From Octopus sinensis (taxonomy: Eukaryota), in contig NW_021829971.1 of assembly GCF_006345805.1 (NCBI RefSeq), positions 1-5,669 on the forward strand: a DNA stretch of 5,669 bases. The letters are read 5' to 3'. Below are positions 1 to 5,669 of this stretch, piece by piece. The position numbers and the translations under genes were made by a program. Numbering within the stretch: position 1 is the stretch's first letter; the number at the start of each line of letters is the position of its first letter. The notes under the pieces are model-generated. The model did not search any database. It worked only from the letters and a program-made list of their open reading frames with translations, and was not told the origin of the DNA.

Positions 1-61
1 TGCAAGGCGGTAACCCAGCATGGCCGCAATTTAATGACTGAAACAATTAAAAAAAGAAGAA
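1..61 (+). mobile_element. 3' tail fragment of a tRNA-derived SINE (same family as 448-900), cut by the window start
   Basis: CCAGCATGGCCGCAATTTAATGACTGAAAC (15-44) matches CCAGCATGGCCACAGTCAAATGACTGAAAC (851-880) and is followed by an A-rich tail. Confidence 0.8.
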
Positions 62-139
62 GCAATATACGAAAATTGTTATCGATGTCAACAACTTCTC
101 CGTCCCGCTTTCACAAATTCAGCGAAACAGAAATGAAAG

Positions 140-160
140 CACACACACAACACACACACA
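140..160. repeat. short (CA)n microsatellite
   Basis: CACACACACAACACACACACA read directly. Confidence 0.8.
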
Positions 161-453
161 TATTGGCTGACCCACACACTCATACAATTTCTTCAGAATG
201 TCACGGTTTTAAGGTCAACATTTTTAAAGCATAAATAGCTACGAGTGTGCGTCTTTGCATGTATCTATATGTGTGGGTGTTTGTGCGTGTGTGAGCACAG
301 TCCACCCATACCCAAGGTGGTCGCTTCGTCTCATTTGACCCAGCCACGAAATTTTTTTTCTCCCACGAGAGTTCCGGATCCCATTAATGAACTAATTTGC
401 ATACAACCAGTCAGAGCTCACCTTCAACTTGTTGTCAGGTTAATAAACAGGAG

Positions 454-506
454 TGTCTGTATGGGAAGTAGCTCGCTTACCAACCACATGGTTCCGTGTT
501 CAATCC
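454..506 (+). promoter_or_regulatory. degenerate internal Pol III type-2 promoter of the SINE
   Basis: A box-like TGTCTGTATGG (454-464) and B box GTTCAATCC (498-506) at tRNA-like spacing. Confidence 0.55.
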
Positions 507-607
507 CACTACATGGCACCATGGGCAAATGTCTTCTACCATAGCCTACGGACCGACCAAAGCTTTGTCAGTGGATTTTGTACACGGAAACAGAAGGAAG
601 CCCGTCG

Positions 608-621
608 TATATATGAATATA

Positions 622-670
<49 letters not shown>

Positions 671-690
671 ATATGTGTGTGTGTGTATGT
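608..690. repeat. (TA)n to (TG)n microsatellite inside the SINE
   Basis: Read directly; SINE-like unique sequence lies on both sides. Confidence 0.9.
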
Positions 691-906
691 TACTGTGTCT
701 GTGTTTGTCCTCCCAACATAGTTTCACAACCGATGCTGGTGTGTTTACGTCCCCATAACTTAGCGGTTCAGTATATGAGACCGATAGAATAAGTACTAGG
801 TTTACAAATAATAGGTCCTCGGGTCGATCTACTGGACAAAAGTCGGTGCTCCAGCATGGCCACAGTCAAATGACTGAAACATGTAAAAGAGTAAAAGAGT
901 ATACAA

Positions 907-915
907 TATATATAG

Positions 916-958
<43 letters not shown>

Positions 959-964
959 CAACCA

Positions 965-1025
<61 letters not shown>
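907..1025. repeat. (TA)n microsatellite, two tracts
   Basis: Perfect TA run at 971-1025, with a second tract at about 907-955. Confidence 0.95.
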
Positions 1026-1029
<4 letters not shown>

Positions 1030-1077
1030 ATATTTCGGAATGATCATTTTGCCAGTTTAGCCAATAAATATAAAAAC

Positions 1078-1082
1078 GTCTG

Positions 1083-1166
<84 letters not shown>

Positions 1167-1178
1167 ACTATTTATCTG

Positions 1179-1258
<80 letters not shown>

Positions 1259-1288
1259 ACTATTTATCTGTCTATCTATATATCTATA

Positions 1289-1320
<32 letters not shown>

Positions 1321-1396
1321 GATCGATCGATCGATCGATCTGTCTGTCTATCTATCTTTCTATCTATCTATCTATCTATCTATCTCTCTCTCTCTC
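1078..1396. repeat. compound (TCTA)n microsatellite with (GATC)5, (GTCT)n and (TC)n segments
   Basis: Read directly; (GATC)5 at 1321-1340 and (TC)n at 1383-1396. Confidence 0.95.
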
Positions 1397-1419
1397 TATA
1401 TATATAATATTATATATAT

Positions 1420-1500
<81 letters not shown>

Positions 1501-1535
1501 ATATATTATATATATTTATACATATATATACATAT

Positions 1536-1579
<44 letters not shown>

Positions 1580-1616
1580 ACACACACACATACATACATA
1601 CATACATACATATATA
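1397..1616. repeat. interrupted (TA)n grading into (CA)n and (TACA)n
   Basis: Read directly. Confidence 0.95.
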
Positions 1617-1993
1617 GGTGTATATACTCAGACACGCATATCTGAAACAAAATAATAACAAAGGGTTGTACTAGATATTGTTATTACTTTATATAGTTGT
1701 GGCGTGTAATTAAATGTAAATTATAAGCTAGTTGATGTTTAATTGTTAAAGGTATCAGCAGGAAGCTTGCATGCGTATGTGTGTCTGTTGATGCGCCAAT
1801 GCTCGTGTCCCCTTCGCAAGCGAAAAACGAACCCATTTCAATTCGAAACTCTCACGTCGGTTTTATATGACGCAAGGGAAGTAATTCTAGATGTTATTTT
1901 GTATACCCTCCAGCCTTCATCAGGTGTCTTGGGGAAATTAGAGTTCACATTCCTAAGGTATTTTTTGGTACCTGTATCTATAGTTATATTTCA

Positions 1994-2032
1994 CTCTCTT
2001 TCTCTCTCTCTCCCTCTCTCTCTCTCTCTCTC
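1994..2032. repeat. (CT)n microsatellite
   Basis: Read directly. Confidence 0.9.
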
Positions 2033-2057
2033 CTCGCACACATATATGTATATATAC

Positions 2058-2102
<45 letters not shown>
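2058..2102. repeat. (AGAT)n microsatellite abutting the LINE 3' end
   Basis: 11 perfect AGAT units plus A. Confidence 0.95.
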
Positions 2103-2589
2103 TGTTTCTTTATTAGCCACACAGGGCTGCACATAGATAGAACAAATTACAAGGTAGAGCTTTTCTTTGAAGGTTTAAAAAAAAAAAGAAAGGGGGAGTT
2201 TCGATCAAAAGGGATCGTAAAAGGAGAGAAAGAGGACAAAAAAGGGGGGGTTAAAAAGGGAGGAGAGGAAAAAAAAAAAAATTGATCAATAGGGATCGTT
2301 ATCACAGAAATGTCAATATGAAGTGTAAAGGGGAGGACAGGTGAGGTCTACCCGTGGAAAGAAAAGCCTACGGAAAAGACCACGGTAACCTCGGTCAATG
2401 AAGTCACATTTTATATTTTTTTTTTTTTTTTTTTTTTGCAAATAAGCAAATCTCTGTTTTCAATTTCTGGGTTCATAGGATTATGCTCAAGGTGGCTTCG
2501 TCATTCATACGTGCCATTCTTGCTACATTCACCCATCTTTTTTTAAAACGTTCGCTCGACAAAACTTGCATCTCTACTCTCACTTTCCT
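2103..2589 (-). mobile_element. 5'-truncated non-LTR retrotransposon, L1/Tx1-like (ORF2 C-terminus plus 3' UTR)
   Basis: On the minus strand, 38 codons end in TGA at 2473. A 3' UTR of about 370 nt follows, with an A-run, a stem-loop and C/T-rich tracts. It ends in AATAAA (2114-2109) GAAACATA and then (TCTA)n. The peptide pattern and pyrimidine-rich UTR resemble Tx1-type elements. The clade call rests on a short peptide only. Confidence 0.6.
2473..2589 (-). pseudogene. C-terminal remnant of retrotransposon ORF2 (L1/Tx1-like)
   Basis: [38 protein letters not shown]. The K-x-R-x-E...F-x-x-R-W pattern is typical of L1/Tx1 ORF2 ends. The upstream part of the listed ORF is only microsatellite. Confidence 0.55.
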
Positions 2590-2687
<98 letters not shown>

Positions 2688-2730
2688 GATAGATAGAAAG
2701 AGAGATAGATAGATAGATAGATAGAAAGAG

Positions 2731-2777
<47 letters not shown>

Positions 2778-2804
2778 AAGAGAGATAGATAGATAGATAG
2801 TTAG

Positions 2805-2835
<31 letters not shown>

Positions 2836-2838
2836 TAG

Positions 2839-2875
<37 letters not shown>

Positions 2876-2900
2876 TAGATAGATAGATAGATAGATATAG
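2590..2900. repeat. long (AGAT)n microsatellite with recurrent GAAAGAGA variants
   Basis: Read directly; variant GAAAG blocks start at 2696, 2724 and 2776. Confidence 0.95.
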
Positions 2901-2982
2901 ACACAGAGAAGTATAAAGACAAGTAGTGTGTATGTTCATACACTTCTTGTGCGCCTGTATGAATAGCAGACAATAACAAAAG

Positions 2983-3312
2983 AAAATCCAAAAATTAACG
3001 AGAAATATCATAGAAGCCAGAATATTTTTTGTCTTTGGAAAAGGTGAAGATATATTTATGCCTCACTTAAGTTTAATACCTTCAAATATTCCCTTCGAAC
3101 TCAAACGACTTCAATTTCCAATACGTCAGTCTCTTGCGATGTCCATTGATAAGTACCAAGATCAGACATTCAAAGTTACTTCTTTGCAATTAGAGAAGGC
3201 TTGTTTTTCACACAGACATATCCTGGGGTTCCAGAGTGGTGAGCAAAAACAATTTTATCATTTTCACCCCTACAGGTAAAACTCAAACCAATGTCTTTAA
3301 GGACGTTTTTAG
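2983..3312 (+). pseudogene. Helitron Rep/Hel (Pif1-family helicase) C-terminal remnant, frameshifted
   Basis: The frame of 3058 reads [77 protein letters not shown]. After a frameshift near 3217-3228 it continues GSRVVSKNNFIIFTPTGKTQTNVFKDVF. This matches the Helitron pattern FKRLQFP..LAFAMTINKSQGQTL...FSHGQLYVA.SRV, with key residues decayed. Confidence 0.9.
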
Positions 3313-3493
3313 CATGGGATCAACGGACAAGTTTTGCAGAATGAATAAAAACTTTGAATTGAAATTGTCAACGCAACACTTATATTCGCATAAGAAAATG
3401 TGTTTCTATTTTTTGGTTGTTGTAATACTTAAGTTCAATAATTCCGTTGTGTCTGGAGAGAATCATTTTCTTTTTGTGCCTTATTATGTAAAA

Positions 3494-3664
3494 CACTCAC
3501 CGGTAAAATTCCCACTTTTTTCTTATTTTTATTGTCCTAAAATTTTCGTTGCGTCTTGCATCCTATATACATATGTATGTATATATATATTATATATATA
3601 TATATATATATAGGTTGCAAGTACAATAAATATAAGAAAAAAGTGGGAATTTTACCGGTGAGTG
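3494..3664. mobile_element. MITE-like foldback element, probably Tc1/mariner-derived, with a (TA)n core
   Basis: Inverted arms 3493-3535 and 3623-3665 match at 42/43 nt. An inner inverted pair, 3555-3565 and 3611-3621, matches at 10/11. Termini read CACTCACCGG...CCGGTGAGTG. The flanks AA and TG are each one change from a TA target duplication. Confidence 0.7.
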
Positions 3665-3680
3665 TGTTATATTATAACAT

Positions 3681-5261
3681 CCGAAAGGATGAAAGGCAAA
3701 GTCGACCTCGGCGGAATTTGAACTCAGAATGTAACGGCAGACGAAATACCTATTTCTTTACTACCCACAAGGGGATAAACACAGTGAGGACAAACAAGGA
3801 CAGACAAACGGATTAAGTCGACTATATCGACCCCAGTGCGTAACTGGTACTTATTTAATGGACCCCGAAAGGATGAAAGGCAAAGTCGACCTCGGCGGAA
3901 TTTGAACTCATAACGTAACGGCAGACGAAATACCTATTTCTTTACTACCCACAGGGGCTAAACACAGACGGGACAAACAAGGACAGACAAACGGATTAAG
4001 TCGACTATATCGACCCCAGTGCGTAACTGGTACTTATTTAATGGACCCCGAAAGGATGAAAGACAAAGTTGACCTCGGCGGAATTTGGACTCAGAACGTA
4101 ACGGCAGACGAAATACCTATTTCTTTACTACCCATAAGGGGATAAACACAGACGGACAAACAAGGACAGACAAACGGATTAAGTCGACTATATCGACCCC
4201 AGTGCGTAACTGGTACTTATTTAATGGACCCCGAAAGGATGAAAGGCAAAGTCGACCTCGGCGGAATTTGAACTCAGAACGTAACGGCAGACGAAATACC
4301 TATTTCTTTACTACCCACAAGGGGCTAAACACAGAGAGGACAAACAAGGACAGACAAACGGATTAAGTCGTCTGTATCGACCCCAGTGCGTAACTGGTAC
4401 TTATTTAATGGACCCCGAAAGGATGAAAGGCAAAGTCGACCTCGGCGGAATTTGAACTCAGAACGTAACGGCAGATGAAATACCTATTTCTTTACTACCC
4501 ACAAGGGGCTAAACACAGAGAGGACAAACAAGGACAGACAAACGGATTAAGTCGTCTATATCGATCCCAGTGCGTAACTGGTACTTATTTAATGGACCCC
4601 GAAAGGATGAAAGGCAAAGTTGACCTCGGCGGAATTTGAACTCAGAACGTAATGGCAGACGAAATACCTATTTCTTTACTACCAGAAGGGGCTAAACACA
4701 GAGTGGACAAACAGGACAGACAAACGGATTAAGTCGTCTGTATCGACCCCAGTGCGTAACTGGTACTTATTTAATGGACCCCGAAAGAATGCAAGGCAAA
4801 GTCGACCTCGGCGGAATTTGAACTCAGAACGTAACGGCAGACGAAATACCTATTTCTTACTACCCACAAGGGGCTAAACACAGAGAGACAAACAAGGACA
4901 GACAAACGGATTAAGTCGTCTATTCGACCCCAGTGCGTAACTGGTACTTATTTAATGGACCCCGAAAGAATGAAAGGCTAAGTCGACCTCGGCGGAATTT
5001 GAACCCAGAACGTAACGGCAGACGAAATACCTATTTCTTTACTACCCACAAGGGGCTAAACACAGAGAGGACAAACAAGGACAGACAAACGGATTAAGTC
5101 GTCTATTTCGACCCCAGTGCGTAACTGGTACATATTTAATGGACCCCGAAAGGATGAAAGGCAAAGTCGACCTCGGCGGAATTTGAACCCAGAACGTAAA
5201 GGCAGACGAAATACTGCTAAGCATTTCGCCCGGCGTGCAAACGTTTCTGCCAGCTCGCGCC
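3681..5261 (-). mobile_element. tRNA-derived SINE (Meta/MESC-like central domain) with its body tandemly amplified about 8.4 times
   Basis: A single 47-nt head (5261-5215) precedes eight full units of 181-184 bp: 5031-5214, 4850-5030, 4668-4849, 4484-4667, 4300-4483, 4117-4299, 3934-4116 and 3750-3933. A 69-bp partial unit (3681-3749) ends the array. Each unit has the B box GTTCAAATTCC (one GTCCAAATTCC variant). Each full unit has GCCTTTCATCCTTTCGGGGTCCATTAAATAAGTACC with minor variants, resembling the MetaSINE/MESC domain (from recall). Confidence 0.9.
5178..5252 (-). promoter_or_regulatory. Pol III A box and B box of the arrayed SINE head
   Basis: Minus strand: A box-like TGGCAGAAACGT (5252-5241) and B box GGTTCAAATTCC (5189-5178). 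The element starts GGCGCGAGC at 5261. Confidence 0.65.
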
Positions 5262-5505
5262 TTAATAAAAGCGAAATTCCCTTGTGCCTGTGACCCCTGT
5301 CCCTCAGTCTACATGGACATATTCTACCTTTTTGGAATCAGGATGATCCGAGGATTGAAACTCTGCTCTTCATTTGGGTGTTGAAGATCCAGCATTGGGA
5401 TCTGGCTTAAAACCATTTTGGCTGCTATTTCTAGCAGGTAAAGCCACAGTGGGAGGTACAAGAGTTACGTCCCTTAGTTTAAAGTGTTACCAAGGAATTT
5501 TGTAG

Positions 5506-5669
5506 TTTTTTCACTTTTCTCAGTTATTAGACTGCGGCCACGCTGGGGCACCGCATTGAAGAATTTTAATCTAAGAAACTGACACCAGTTATTTCTCATT
5601 TTTGTCTGGTAGATTTTATTGGCCTTTTATAGCGAACCGCTAAGTCACATGGAGATAAACGTAAACGAC
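5506..5669 (-). mobile_element. diverged 3' half of a SINE related to 448-900, cut by the window end
   Basis: The reverse complement reads GTTTACGT...ACTTAGCGGTTC...GCGGTGCCCCAGCGTGGCCGCAGTCTAATAACTGAGAAAAGTG, collinear with 743-890. Confidence 0.75.

Larger units (their letters stand above)
448..900 (+). mobile_element. full-length tRNA-derived SINE, resembling octopus SINE families
   Basis: tRNA-like head with a degenerate A box (454-464) and B box (498-506). GCACCATGGGCAAATGTCTTC follows and loosely resembles the start of the CORE-SINE domain. There is an internal TA/TG microsatellite, and the 3' end is shared with 1-61 and 5506-5669, ending in (GTAAAAGA)2 at 883-898. Family resemblance is from recall. 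Confidence 0.8.

Noticed and set aside
453-1047. Listed ORFs with (YI)n runs
   Set aside because: They are translations of (TA)n microsatellites and SINE sequence with no protein signature.
1763-1774. AAGCTTGCATGC, identical to the pUC HindIII-SphI polylinker start
   Set aside because: It is not followed by CTGCAG or any other vector sequence, so it is a chance 12-mer.
1755-1880. Promoter-like motifs (GGAAG, CCAAT at 1796-1800, CACGT, TGACG)
   Set aside because: Short motifs are expected by chance, and no downstream gene or CpG island supports them.
2192-2260. G-quadruplex from four G runs
   Set aside because: Loops of 14, 30 and 7 nt are too long for a confident call, and the runs lie on the strand antisense to the LINE.
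2589-3011. ORFs with (LSIY)n repeats
   Set aside because: They are translations of (TCTA)n; only the portion 2473-2589 of the overlapping ORF looks like real protein.
3681-5214. CRISPR array
   Set aside because: Units are contiguous near-identical ~183-bp copies with no unique spacers, no cas genes are present, and the context is eukaryotic.
3750-5214. Retrozyme or hammerhead ribozyme in the tandem unit
   Set aside because: Size and tandem layout fit, but there is no CUGANGA core on either strand; the closest is CUGAGUU, which overlaps the B box. Other ribozyme classes were not excluded and would need a covariance-model search.
3556-5224. Short ORFs inside the MITE and SINE array
   Set aside because: Chance open frames in repeated non-coding units, with non-ATG starts and no recognisable domain.
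5190-5261. Functional tRNA gene
   Set aside because: A and B boxes are present, but the anticodon region is replaced by a long hairpin and the sequence runs directly into SINE body.
5308-5437. Possible exon bounded by CCCTGTCCCTCAG and CAG/GTAAAG
   Set aside because: It is 130 nt with stop codons in all three frames. A non-coding or UTR exon cannot be excluded without RNA data.
5385-5437. Two 6-bp hairpins (AGATCC/GGATCT and CTGCTA/TAGCAG)
   Set aside because: Stems are too short to distinguish from chance and there is no supporting context.

Overview
Repeat-dense, non-coding eukaryotic DNA with no supportable intact host gene. The SINE sequences resemble octopus/cephalopod families as I recall them; this is not database-verified. 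The window holds long (TA)n, (TCTA)n and (AGAT)n microsatellites and a full-length tRNA-derived SINE (448-900) with two partial relatives (1-61 and 5506-5669). It also holds a 5'-truncated L1/Tx1-like LINE end sitting inside an (AGAT)n tract (2103-2589, minus strand), a decayed Helitron helicase C-terminus (2983-3312) and a 171-bp foldback MITE (3494-3664). The right third is a minus-strand SINE with one Pol III head followed by 8.4 tandem ~183-bp bodies (3681-5261). The main finding is that the 3' tail of the arrayed SINE matches the 3' terminus of the Tx1-like LINE in the same window (38/47 nt, hand alignment). This suggests a SINE/LINE partner pair, with a possibly GATA-targeting LINE and a SINE that multimerises at a palindromic junction.
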